From assembly GCA_963720755.1 (NCBI GenBank), contig CAVRGP010000015.1, positions 224,001 to 288,000 of the forward strand: DNA of 64,000 bases, written 5' to 3'. The translations under genes were made by a program, and so were the position numbers. Of the stretch, positions 1 to 8,372 are shown one piece after another. This stretch comes from an uncultured Chloroflexia bacterium (GTDB taxonomy: Bacteria > Chloroflexota > Limnocylindria > Limnocylindrales > CSP1-4). Position 1 is the stretch's first letter. Each line of letters starts with the position of its first letter. The notes beneath the pieces were generated by a model that was given only the letters and a program-made list of their open reading frames with translations, did not search any database and was not told the DNA's origin.

Positions 1-1134
1 CACGTCGCGAAGGCCGAGCACATCGCCCTGGTCCAGGCAGTCGGGGGCACGATGAACGGCTCGACCTGGTTGGACCGCACGAACTACTTCGAGACGCTGC
101 CGGCCCACCAGCTCGAGCTCGCCCTGTGGCTCGAGGCCGATCGGATGGCCACCCTGCTCGATGCCCTCAGCCAGGAGAACCTCGACAACCAGCGCGAAGT
201 CGTCAAGAACGAGAAGCGCTGGTCCTACGACAACCGTCCGTACGGGTCGTTCCAGGAGAAACTCCAGGGGCATCTGTTCCCGCCGGATCACCCCTACCAT
301 CACTCCACGATCGGATCGATGGACGATCTCGATGCCGCGTCGGTGGAAGATGTCAGCGCGTTCTTCCGCACGTACTACGCGCCCAACAACGCGGTCCTTT
401 CGATCGTCGGTGCGGTCGAGACCGACGCGGCGGTCGCGGCGGCGGAGCGGTACTTCGGATCGATCCCAGCCAACCCGGACATCCCGCGACTGGGCGACCT
501 GTCGCTGCCGATGACCCTGGGCGGCGAGGTTCGCGAGACTGTCTACGACAAGGTCCCGCTGCCACGAGTGCACGTCGGGTTCCGTTCGCCGGTCTTTGGC
601 GACCCGCGCCTCGAAGCGCTCGACCTGGCCGGCCAGATCCTGTCGGGCGGGAAGGGGAGTCGTCTCGATCGTCGGTTGGTTCGGGACGAGCAGATCGCCC
701 AGGACGTCGCGGTCTTCACCATGGGGTTCATCGGCGGCGCGTCGGTCACGGCGGGCTGGGCCACGGTTCGTCCGGACGTGTCGGTGGCCCGGGTCGAGGC
801 CGCGTTCCACCAGGAACTGGCCCGCCTCACGACCGAGCTGGTCAGCGATGACGAGCTTGATCGCGCGAAGGCACTGACCGAGGCGGACGAACTCGGCTCG
901 CTCCAGCGGGTCGAGGAGCGGGCCGACCGCCTGTCGATGTACGCGACGTTGTTCGATGAGCCGGAGATGATCAACCGGATGTTGCCGCGCTACCTCGCGG
1001 TCACGCCGGAGGCGATCCGGGATGCGGCTGCGGCGGTGTTCCGGCCGGACAACCGGGTGGTCCTGACCTATCTCCCCGAGGAAGACGGCGAAGGCGCGGC
1101 AGCCCTCAGCGACGACGACGAGGCGGCAGCATGA
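1..1134 (+). CDS. M16 (pitrilysin/insulinase) family zinc peptidase, 5' truncated by the window edge
   Basis: Frame is open from base 1 (HVAKAEHIALVQAVGGTMNGSTWLDRTNYFE). M16 signatures: NGST..DRTNYFE, LALWLEADRM, HPYHHSTIGS, YYAPNNAVLSIVG. Confidence 0.9.
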   Translation, partial: HVAKAEHIALVQAVGGTMNGSTWLDRTNYFETLPAHQLELALWLEADRMATLLDALSQENLDNQREVVKNEKRWSYDNRPYGSFQEKLQGHLFPPDHPYHHSTIGSMDDLDAASVEDVSAFFRTYYAPNNAVLSIVGAVETDAAVAAAERYFGSIPANPDIPRLGDLSLPMTLGGEVRETVYDKVPLPRVHVGFRSPVFGDPRLEALDLAGQILSGGKGSRLDRRLVRDEQIAQDVAVFTMGFIGGASVTAGWATVRPDVSVARVEAAFHQELARLTTELVSDDELDRAKALTEADELGSLQRVEERADRLSMYATLFDEPEMINRMLPRYLAVTPEAIRDAAAAVFRPDNRVVLTYLPEEDGEGAAALSDDDEAAA

Positions 1135-2558
1135 GCGCGACGCCGGATCCGCGGATGGACGGCCCGGTCGTGGCGGATCGACCGAGGCCCGGGGCGCCCA
1201 CGGCCTATGCCTTCCCTTCGGTCGCGACCACGGAGCTTTCGAACGGCCTGTCGATCGCGATCGTCGACCTGCCGGGACGTCCACTCGTGTCCGCCTCGCT
1301 GATCCTGGTCGGTGGTGCCGCGGAAGAGCCGGAGGACGCCGCCGGTGCGACCGTCCTGGCCGCTCGAGCCCTGACCGAGGGGACCGACCGATACGATGCC
1401 ATCGCCCTGGTCGAGGCAGGCGAACGACTTGGCGCGTCGCTCCACGCCTCGGGCGGCTGGGATTCCCTCACGATCGGGGTCGACGTCCCGGCGGCGAGGC
1501 TGGAGCCTGCCCTCGAGCTCGTCGCGGAGGTGCTGCTTCACCCGACCTTCCCGACGGACGATGTCGAGCGTCTCCGTGACGAGCGCTTGAACGACCTGCT
1601 CCAGGCTCGGGCGGATCCCCGCCGACGGGTCGAGGAAGCGTTCATCGGCACCATCTATGCGCCGGCATCGCCCTATCACCGACCCGCCGGTGGCACCCGT
1701 GAAACGGTCTCGGGGTTGACCGCCCCGCTGTTGCGCTCGACGTTCGAGCGCCTTCGCCGGCCGGATCGAGCGACCCTGGTGGTCGGCGGGGATCTCGGAG
1801 GACTCGACGTCGTCAACGTCGCGACCCGGCTGTTCGGCGACTGGACCGTCGCACACCCCGTCGGGACCGAGGCCCGAGCGGTGGTGGATACCGGGACGGA
1901 CGCCGGTCGGCTCGTCCGGGTCATCCACCGACCTGGCGCCGTCCAGACCGAGATCCGGGTCGGCCATCGAGGCATCCCGAGGCGGATCGACGACTTCCAC
2001 GCCGTGTCGGTGATGACCGCCATCCTCGGTGGGGTGTTCAATTCGCGGCTCAACATGAAGCTCCGCGAGGAGAAGGGCTATACGTACGGAGCCGGGGCCG
2101 GCTTCGACATGCGCCGCGGCGCGGGACCGTTCTCGGCGCGAGCCGCCGTCAACACGGAGGTGACCGTCCCCGCGATCGTGGACATGCTCGCGGAACTCCG
2201 CCGGATGCGCGACACGGATGTCGAGATGAACGAACTCGTCGCCGCCCGTGATTTCCTCGTTGGCGTGTTCCCCCTCCGCTTCGAGACCCCCGCTGCGGTC
2301 GTCGGTGCACTCGGCAGTCTGGCGGTCCATGGGCTGGACGCATCCGAGCTGATCGGCTATCGCGCGGGCATCGAGACCGTGACGATCGACGCCGTCGCCG
2401 CCGCTGCCCGATCACACCTGCATGTCGATACCGCGTCGGTCGTGCTGGTCGGTGACGCCGATGCGTTCGGCCCAGCCATCGAGAGCGCAGATCTCGGACG
2501 TGTCGTCATCGAACGGGATGACGACACGACGCCACCGGCCGCAACTGGACCAAACTGA
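1131..2558 (+). CDS. M16 family peptidase, non-catalytic partner subunit
   Basis: ATGA overlap with the upstream M16 gene. Motifs LSNGL, ILGGVFNSRLNMKLREEKGYTYG. No HxxEH, which is typical of the second subunit of a heterodimer. Confidence 0.88.
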   Translation: MSATPDPRMDGPVVADRPRPGAPTAYAFPSVATTELSNGLSIAIVDLPGRPLVSASLILVGGAAEEPEDAAGATVLAARALTEGTDRYDAIALVEAGERLGASLHASGGWDSLTIGVDVPAARLEPALELVAEVLLHPTFPTDDVERLRDERLNDLLQARADPRRRVEEAFIGTIYAPASPYHRPAGGTRETVSGLTAPLLRSTFERLRRPDRATLVVGGDLGGLDVVNVATRLFGDWTVAHPVGTEARAVVDTGTDAGRLVRVIHRPGAVQTEIRVGHRGIPRRIDDFHAVSVMTAILGGVFNSRLNMKLREEKGYTYGAGAGFDMRRGAGPFSARAAVNTEVTVPAIVDMLAELRRMRDTDVEMNELVAARDFLVGVFPLRFETPAAVVGALGSLAVHGLDASELIGYRAGIETVTIDAVAAAARSHLHVDTASVVLVGDADAFGPAIESADLGRVVIERDDDTTPPAATGPN

Positions 2559-2727
2559 AACTATTCGCCCTCGGACCGCCTCAGGGAAGTAGTCGCTGAT
2601 CAGGTGATCGGTCCTTGAGGGAGAATTCGTTGATTCGCCATGACGCCAGGCTCGTTCTGGACCGAGTGAGGCTTCCAGCGTGACATCGGCGACATCTGAC
2701 GATGGATCCGCTGGTTGTCCCTCATGA

Positions 2728-3417
2728 TTGCGTCCAGCGGGTCAACTGCGCCGGGCGCGGACGGCCTGCCAGGAACAGGGGAGCCAGGCGATCCATCCAC
2801 CCACGTCAACCAGTGCTCCGGGCGATGAGCCGACCGATCGCACGATCGTCGATGCCGTCATCGGCGGCGACCGTGACGCGTACCGTCACCTCGTCGATCG
2901 AGAGGCCGCGTCGGTCGTTCGCGCCTGCCACCGGATCCTTGGCGACCTGCACGAAGCTGAAGACGCCTCCCAGGAGGCCTTCGTGACCGCATACCGGTCG
3001 CTGGCGAGCTGGCGTGGCGACGGCCCGTTCGGCGCGTGGTTGACCCGGATCGCCGTGCGTATCTCGCTCCGCAAGGTCAGCCAGCGTCGCTCGGTCGTCT
3101 GGCTGGAGGAGGTCGGGCCTTCCGACCCCAGGACGGGCGCCCCGGGCGAACGCGGTCTTGCCGGCACCCTCGCGGCCGGGCAGGGATCCGATCCAGCATC
3201 GCTGGCGATCCGATCCGAGCGTGCCGCGTCCCTCAGGCGGGCCGTTTCGGCATTGCCAGAGCCGTATCGCGAGGTGGTGACGCTCCGCTTCTTCGGAGAG
3301 TTGTCGCTCGATGAGATCGCGCGGCAGACCGAGCGCCCGCTCGGGACGGTCAAGACCCATCTTCGCCGCGGTCTGCTCCGACTCCGTGCGACCGTCGAGC
3401 CGGGGGACGAACGATGA
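2728..3417 (+). CDS. ECF RNA polymerase sigma factor (sigma-70 family)
   Basis: Region 2: AEDASQEAFVTAYR...FGAWLTRIA. Region 4: LPEPYREVVTLRFFGELSLDEIA..TERPLGTVKTHLRRG. The true start is uncertain and probably near 2790-2830. Confidence 0.9.
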   Translation: MRPAGQLRRARTACQEQGSQAIHPPTSTSAPGDEPTDRTIVDAVIGGDRDAYRHLVDREAASVVRACHRILGDLHEAEDASQEAFVTAYRSLASWRGDGPFGAWLTRIAVRISLRKVSQRRSVVWLEEVGPSDPRTGAPGERGLAGTLAAGQGSDPASLAIRSERAASLRRAVSALPEPYREVVTLRFFGELSLDEIARQTERPLGTVKTHLRRGLLRLRATVEPGDER

Positions 3418-4115
3418 GTGGGCCGGGTCGACGGTTCGATCCCGCCGAGTTGCGGTCGCCGGGTCAGGCCGATCCGTCCGCCGCCGAACTCGCGGATGCG
3501 CTTGCCACGGCCCGTGAGCTCGAGGCCCTGGCGTCCGACGCCCTGATCCGACCGACCGAGGATTTCGGCGATCGGGTGATGGCCGCGATCGCCCAGGAAC
3601 CAGCTCCGAAACTCGTCGTCCGACCCGGATCGACGGTTCGGGGCGGTCGGCTCGGAGCGTTCCTCATCGCCGTTCGTGAGTCATGGGGCGTGGCGATGAG
3701 TGGCGGCCGACCGATGGCGGTCCGCGCCCAGGCCCTCGCGTTCGTCCTGCTGGTGGTGTTGGCCGCCGGAGCCCTGACCGGGCTGACTGCCGTCACTGTC
3801 GGCGGGCTGCTGAACTCGGGCCCGACGCCGATCCCGACCACCGAGGCCCCTCCGACGACGACACCGACGCCGACCCCGGTCGAGCCGACGGCGAGTCCTT
3901 CCGACACCGCCGAACCGTCCGACACCGCCGAACCGTCCGACACCGCCGAACCGTCCAATTCGGCCGAGCCGTCCGACTCCGCCGACCCGAAGCCGAAGCC
4001 ACCGTCAACGCCGACCAGCACGCACAGGCCCGGCGCGACCGAGACGCCCGATCCCGGCGAGACGCCCGATCCCGGTGAGACAGCCGAGCCGACCGACAGC
4101 CTCGGGGATAGTTAG
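3414..4115 (+). CDS. Putative anti-sigma factor: single TM helix and Pro/Thr/Ser-rich extracellular tail
   Basis: ATGA coupling to the ECF sigma. PTEDFGDRVMAAI motif, hydrophobic segment ALAFVLLVVLAAGALTGLTAVTV, low-complexity C-terminus. Confidence 0.7.
   Translation: MSGPGRRFDPAELRSPGQADPSAAELADALATARELEALASDALIRPTEDFGDRVMAAIAQEPAPKLVVRPGSTVRGGRLGAFLIAVRESWGVAMSGGRPMAVRAQALAFVLLVVLAAGALTGLTAVTVGGLLNSGPTPIPTTEAPPTTTPTPTPVEPTASPSDTAEPSDTAEPSDTAEPSNSAEPSDSADPKPKPPSTPTSTHRPGATETPDPGETPDPGETAEPTDSLGDS
3901..4078 (+). repeat. Coding tandem repeats: 18-bp CCGACACCGCCGAACCGT x3 plus degenerate copies (PSDTAE), and 18-bp GAGACGCCCGATCCCGG(C/T) x2 (ETPDPG)
   Basis: Visible directly in both DNA and protein. 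Confidence 0.85.
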
Positions 4116-4190
4116 GTCGAACCAGCGTGAGCGCCCCCCGGCCGGCCCGGACGTGGCCCGCGGTCTGAGTGGGGCGGGTACCCTCTCAGG

Positions 4191-4853
4191 ATGATCGTGG
4201 TCATCGGAACGCCCCGGGTACGTGACGACGATGGCATCGTCAGTGCGACCGGGACCGCAGCTCGCATCGCGCTGGCTGCCGCCGGGGCTGGGCGCCGCGT
4301 CCAGCTCGTGGGCAAGATCGGCGACGACCCGCTGGCCGACGCGCTCGTGATCGACCTGGCCCGCGGTGGGGTCGGTCACGTAGCCGTCCTCCGCGACGCG
4401 GGACGGTCGACCCCGATCCAGCGTTCCGATCTCGACGACGAAGCACCCGGTGGCGCGGATCACGACGACGCGACGAGCGACGCGGTCGACCCGTCCGTCG
4501 CCGATGGCCCCGTCCTCGACGCGGCCGACGTCGATCTGGGTCTGCGCTACCTGACCGACTTCCAGGTCGTCGTGCTGGCCGAGTCCGCACCACCTGACGT
4601 CATCTCGGTCGTGGCCGAGGCGGCGGAATGGGGCGACGCCCGGATGATCCTGGTCGTCGGTGCCGATGACGCGGTCCCGGGCGGGCTGCCGGCCGATGTC
4701 GTCGTGTTCGCAGCGCCTTCCTCGGACCCGGATGGCGTGTTCGCCACCCTCGTCGGCGTCTTCGCCGCCGCGCTCGATGACGGCACAGAACCGGAAGCGG
4801 CCTTTCGGGCCTCGATCGCCACCGACGGCTGGACCGACGCCGTGGCCGAGTGA
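4191..4853 (+). CDS. PfkB/ribokinase-like protein, degenerate
   Basis: The N-terminus resembles PfkB signature 1 (GTAARIALAAAGAGRRVQLVGKIGDDPLAD...LARGGV). The C-terminal DTxGAGD motif is absent. Confidence 0.6.
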   Translation: MIVVIGTPRVRDDDGIVSATGTAARIALAAAGAGRRVQLVGKIGDDPLADALVIDLARGGVGHVAVLRDAGRSTPIQRSDLDDEAPGGADHDDATSDAVDPSVADGPVLDAADVDLGLRYLTDFQVVVLAESAPPDVISVVAEAAEWGDARMILVVGADDAVPGGLPADVVVFAAPSSDPDGVFATLVGVFAAALDDGTEPEAAFRASIATDGWTDAVAE

Positions 4854-4863
4854 CCCGCCGACC

Positions 4864-5532
4864 CTAGAACGGAACGATCAGCTCCGGCCCGTCGCGCCGG
4901 ACGTCGTTGACTGCCCGACTGACCGGATAGATATCGAGACTCACGGTCGAGTCCGGCACCAGCAGTCCGAGCAGTTCGGATCGGTCTCGTTCGCCCGTCT
5001 CCAACCAGCGGTCCCAGGCGTCCTCCGCGACGACCACCGGCATCCGGTCATGCAGATCGGCCAGCGCGTCATTCGGTGTCGTCGTGATGATGGTGAAGGT
5101 CCGTCGGACGATGTCGTCGGACGGATCGCGCCAGCCCGCCCACAGGCCCGCCAGTGCGAGCGGCCGCCCGTCGCGCTGCGCGACCCGGTACGGCTGGCGG
5201 ATCGTCCCCTCGCGCTTCCACTCGTAGAACGAGTCGACCGGGACCAGGCAGCGCTTGCGCGCGAAGGCATCGCGGAAGGCCGGACTCGTCGTGATCGTCT
5301 CTGCCCGGGCATTGAACATCCGGGAACCGACCTTGGCCTCTTTCGCCCAGTGCGGGATCAGACCCCAGCGATACGCGGTGACGGCGCGCCGGTCGTCGCG
5401 CTGCACCACGACGAGTGCGTCATCAGTCGGCGCGACGTTGTAGTGGTGACCGGGGTCGTCCACGAGCGGCTCGGCGCCGAAGATCTCGGCCAACTCGGAC
5501 GCGGGCCGCTCCTGGGTGAACCGTCCGCACAT
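4864..5532 (-). CDS. SOS response-associated peptidase (SRAP/YedK/HMCES family, abasic-site protection)
   Basis: N-terminal MCGRF, YNVAPT, WGLIPHWAK, FNARAET, FYEW, HDRMPV. Confidence 0.95.
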   Translation of the reverse strand: MCGRFTQERPASELAEIFGAEPLVDDPGHHYNVAPTDDALVVVQRDDRRAVTAYRWGLIPHWAKEAKVGSRMFNARAETITTSPAFRDAFARKRCLVPVDSFYEWKREGTIRQPYRVAQRDGRPLALAGLWAGWRDPSDDIVRRTFTIITTTPNDALADLHDRMPVVVAEDAWDRWLETGERDRSELLGLLVPDSTVSLDIYPVSRAVNDVRRDGPELIVPF

Positions 5533-5558
5533 GCGACCAGTCTAGTATCGTCCGGACG

Positions 5559-6812
5559 ATGGACGATCCGCCGCGCCCCGGGGCACCCGATCTACGCTCG
5601 ACTGGACCCCTGTCGCGCGATGAGGCGCTCGCGCTCGTCACTCGGGGCGATGAGTTGCTGGCGTCGGGCGACTATGCAGAGGCCGGCCAGCATTTCTCTC
5701 GAGTCGTCGGGTTCGACGATGCGGCCATCACCGCCTCCGCACTGCTCGGCCTCGGCGAGGCGCACTACCGACTGAACGATGAGGTCGGGGCCGTCCAGAC
5801 CTGGGCGGCGATCCTCAAGCTGCCAGACACACCGTCGACGTATCGAGCGTGGCGAAACCTCGCGGCGGCGCGGGTCCGCGATGGCGATCTCCCTGGCGCC
5901 ATCGATGCCTATCGAGAGGCGGACCGGCTGGCGCCCGATGCCGATAAGGCGGAGATCGCCAACCGCCTTGGGTGGCTTGCGAAGGAGACGGGCAATACTC
6001 GCGCCGCGAAGCGGTACTTCGCGAGGGGTCGTGGTGACGGGCCCCGGGTGCCGCTGACCCTGCTCATCATCGCCATCACGTCGATCGTCTCGCTGACGGC
6101 GCTCTTCGCCACTGAGGGCCAGGCGATCTACGACCTCCTCCAGCTCGACAAGCCGGCCGTCGCAGCGGGTGAGTACTGGCGATTGTGGAGCGTGACCCTC
6201 CTGCACGGCGACCTGCTCCACCTGGGCTTCAACATGTATGCCCTCTACCTCGCGGGAACGATCGTCGAGCGGTGGTACGGCTCGATCCGGTTCCTGATCT
6301 TCTACCTGGCCTGCGCCGCGGCCGGCTCGACGGCGAGTTTCGTGTTCGGCGGCGACATCCCGTCGGTCGGGGCGTCGGGGGCGATCTTCGGGTTGTTCGG
6401 GATCCTGCTGACGGCCAGCTGGCTGCACCATCCGGTCGATCGGCAGGCGCGCGGGCTGATGAACCAGCTGGTCTTCCTGGTCATCCTCAACCTCTTCCTC
6501 GGTTTCTCGTCGGGCGGGTCCATCGATAACGCCGCCCACGTGGGTGGTCTCGTGGCGGGGCTTTGGTTCGGCGCGCTGATCCCTCCGAGCGGGGTGCCGA
6601 CGCTGTCGTCGCTCTGGAACCGGCCGGGGGTGGCGAGGACCGGCGCCGGCACGGCGAAGACCCCGTTCTACGTCGTCGCCCTCGGGGTGGTGGTGGTCGC
6701 TGTCGTCGTGGTCATCGGCCTTGCCGTCGGAACCAACGATCGGGTGACGGCGACGGAGCGCGATCCGACGCTCGTCCCGGCGGTCGTCTACAGCTCGCCG
6801 AAGACGACCTGA
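5559..6812 (+). CDS. Rhomboid intramembrane serine protease with N-terminal TPR repeats
   Basis: YWRL...LLHGDLLHLGFNM, GASGAIFG (catalytic Ser), AHVGG (catalytic His). About 150 aa of TPR-like helices at the N-terminus. Confidence 0.92.
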   Translation: MDDPPRPGAPDLRSTGPLSRDEALALVTRGDELLASGDYAEAGQHFSRVVGFDDAAITASALLGLGEAHYRLNDEVGAVQTWAAILKLPDTPSTYRAWRNLAAARVRDGDLPGAIDAYREADRLAPDADKAEIANRLGWLAKETGNTRAAKRYFARGRGDGPRVPLTLLIIAITSIVSLTALFATEGQAIYDLLQLDKPAVAAGEYWRLWSVTLLHGDLLHLGFNMYALYLAGTIVERWYGSIRFLIFYLACAAAGSTASFVFGGDIPSVGASGAIFGLFGILLTASWLHHPVDRQARGLMNQLVFLVILNLFLGFSSGGSIDNAAHVGGLVAGLWFGALIPPSGVPTLSSLWNRPGVARTGAGTAKTPFYVVALGVVVVAVVVVIGLAVGTNDRVTATERDPTLVPAVVYSSPKTT

Positions 6813-7549
6813 GGTCCCGGCTCACCGGTCGCCCCGCCGATCGGCTCGAGCGTGACCATCGCGGCCGTGCTGCCGGCGAGATCCACGCCGAATGGCGCCA
6901 GGAACGGTCCCGTTCCGGAATACCTGAACGTGGCCAGGGCATGGACACCCTGGGCGTCCGCATTCCATAGCTGGTAGACCATCCCGTCCGGCGTTGCCGG
7001 CAGGTGATCGGCCATCAGGAAGGCCTCGTCCGTGCCGGGGTGATAGACGATCATCGCGTCCGCGCTGGGCGCCGCCGGCTCGGCCGACAGACTCGCCGTC
7101 CGATGCGCCGGGTCGAGGATGACCGACATCGCCGCCGCCTGCGTCCGTAGCTGGTCGCTCGCGACGGCCGCGTCGTCGGTCAACTGGACCGTTCGAGCGG
7201 CGAGGCCCGCGGTCACGACGGCAAGGACGGCGGCGACCGCCAGCGCGGCCCAGGTCGGACGCATCCTGACCGGCGCGCGACGCTGCTCGATCCGCGCAGG
7301 TGTCAGCACAGGATCGGGCACGGCCTGGACGCGCGGCAACGCTCGCAAGGTCGCGCCGAGGAGGATGTCCGGAGGTGTCCGCTCGGGCGTCGTGAGAGCG
7401 AGGTCGGCGAGGACGTCATCGAGCGACACGGCCAGTTCGGCACACGAGGTGCATCCCTGGGCGTGCCGGTCGAAGACGCGTCGCTCCGAGGCATCGAGAT
7501 CGTCGAGCGCGGCTCCGGCCGCTAGTCGACGGAAGGTTGCGTGGTCCAT
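6788..7549 (-). CDS. rskA: Anti-sigma factor, RskA family, with zinc-finger (HxxxCxxC) N-terminus
   Basis: HAQGCTSC ZAS motif, a TM helix, and an RskA C-terminal domain (YQLW...AMVTLEPIGGATGEPGPQVVFG). Lies downstream of an ECF sigma. Confidence 0.8.
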   Translation of the reverse strand: MDHATFRRLAAGAALDDLDASERRVFDRHAQGCTSCAELAVSLDDVLADLALTTPERTPPDILLGATLRALPRVQAVPDPVLTPARIEQRRAPVRMRPTWAALAVAAVLAVVTAGLAARTVQLTDDAAVASDQLRTQAAAMSVILDPAHRTASLSAEPAAPSADAMIVYHPGTDEAFLMADHLPATPDGMVYQLWNADAQGVHALATFRYSGTGPFLAPFGVDLAGSTAAMVTLEPIGGATGEPGPQVVFGEL

Positions 7550-8316
7550 CGGGTCGCTCCATCAGCGACATCCTCGTCCTCCGAGACCGTGGTCCCGAGG
7601 ACATCGCGGAGCCGGAGCAGGGCGCTCCGGATCCGGGTCTTGGCGGTGCCCAGCGGGATCCCGAGCTGGTCCGCGACCTCGACGTGGGTCAGGCCCCCGA
7701 AGAACGCCAGTTCGAGCGCGGTCCGCTGCGTGTCGCTCAGCTCGGCGACGGCAGCTCGGACGCGATCGCGGCGCAGATTCCGCCAGGCCTCAAGGTCGAC
7801 GTCGTCGCCCGCGACCTCCAGCTCGAGGTCCACGTCGGCCGTCCGCTTCCGGACATTCGCCTCACGACGGACGAGATCGATCGCCTTGTGGCGGGCCAGG
7901 CTGAACAGCCACGGACCGACCGACCCCCGCGTCGGGTCGAACCGGGCGGCGTCCTTCCAGACCGCGATGAACACTTCCTGAACGACGTCCTGGGCGAAGC
8001 GATCGGCTCCCGTGACCCGATAGGCGAGCGAATACAGGGGACCGCTGTATCGGGCGTAGAGCGCCTCGACCGCTCGTTCGTCGCGATCGACGATCCGAGC
8101 GAGCAGGTCAGCTTCCTCAGCCCGCCGGGCGTCCTTTTCAGCCTGGATCGGGTCGATCGGATCGTCGCTCCTGGGCAGTGCGCTCGCCTCCGCCTTGGGC
8201 CGCGCGGTCGCGGCGGGGTTGCCACCGATCGAGGTGACTCGCGAGTCTCGATGATACCCGCGAGCAGGGGTGCCGAGAGCCGGGAACAGGATCGCCGGCA
8301 TCGCAGAAGTGTCCAC
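7522..8316 (-). CDS. sigK: ECF sigma factor, SigK-like
   Basis: AQDVVQEVFIAVWKDAARFDPTRGSVGPWLFSLARHKAIDLVR; LELAFFGGLTHVEVADQLGIPLGTAKTRIR. Start inferred at GTG 8316 (alternatively ATG 8301). Confidence 0.82.
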   Translation of the reverse strand: MDTSAMPAILFPALGTPARGYHRDSRVTSIGGNPAATARPKAEASALPRSDDPIDPIQAEKDARRAEEADLLARIVDRDERAVEALYARYSGPLYSLAYRVTGADRFAQDVVQEVFIAVWKDAARFDPTRGSVGPWLFSLARHKAIDLVRREANVRKRTADVDLELEVAGDDVDLEAWRNLRRDRVRAAVAELSDTQRTALELAFFGGLTHVEVADQLGIPLGTAKTRIRSALLRLRDVLGTTVSEDEDVADGATRWTTQPSVD

Positions 8317-8324
8317 GACTGGTG

Positions 8325-8350
8325 TTCGTCCGCCGCCGCCGCCCGGATTG
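8325..8350 (-). promoter_or_regulatory. Putative SigK-type autoregulatory promoter CAATCC-N15-ACGAA
   Basis: Closely resembles the mycobacterial SigK consensus CCATCC-N15-CCGAA and lies 8 nt upstream of the GTG start. Confidence 0.6.
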
Positions 8351-8372
8351 GCGGATGCGAGCGATCGCTTGC

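Noticed and set aside
3901-4078. 18-bp repeats as a possible CRISPR array
   Set aside because: The copies are contiguous with no spacers, in frame within a low-complexity protein linker, and no cas genes are nearby.
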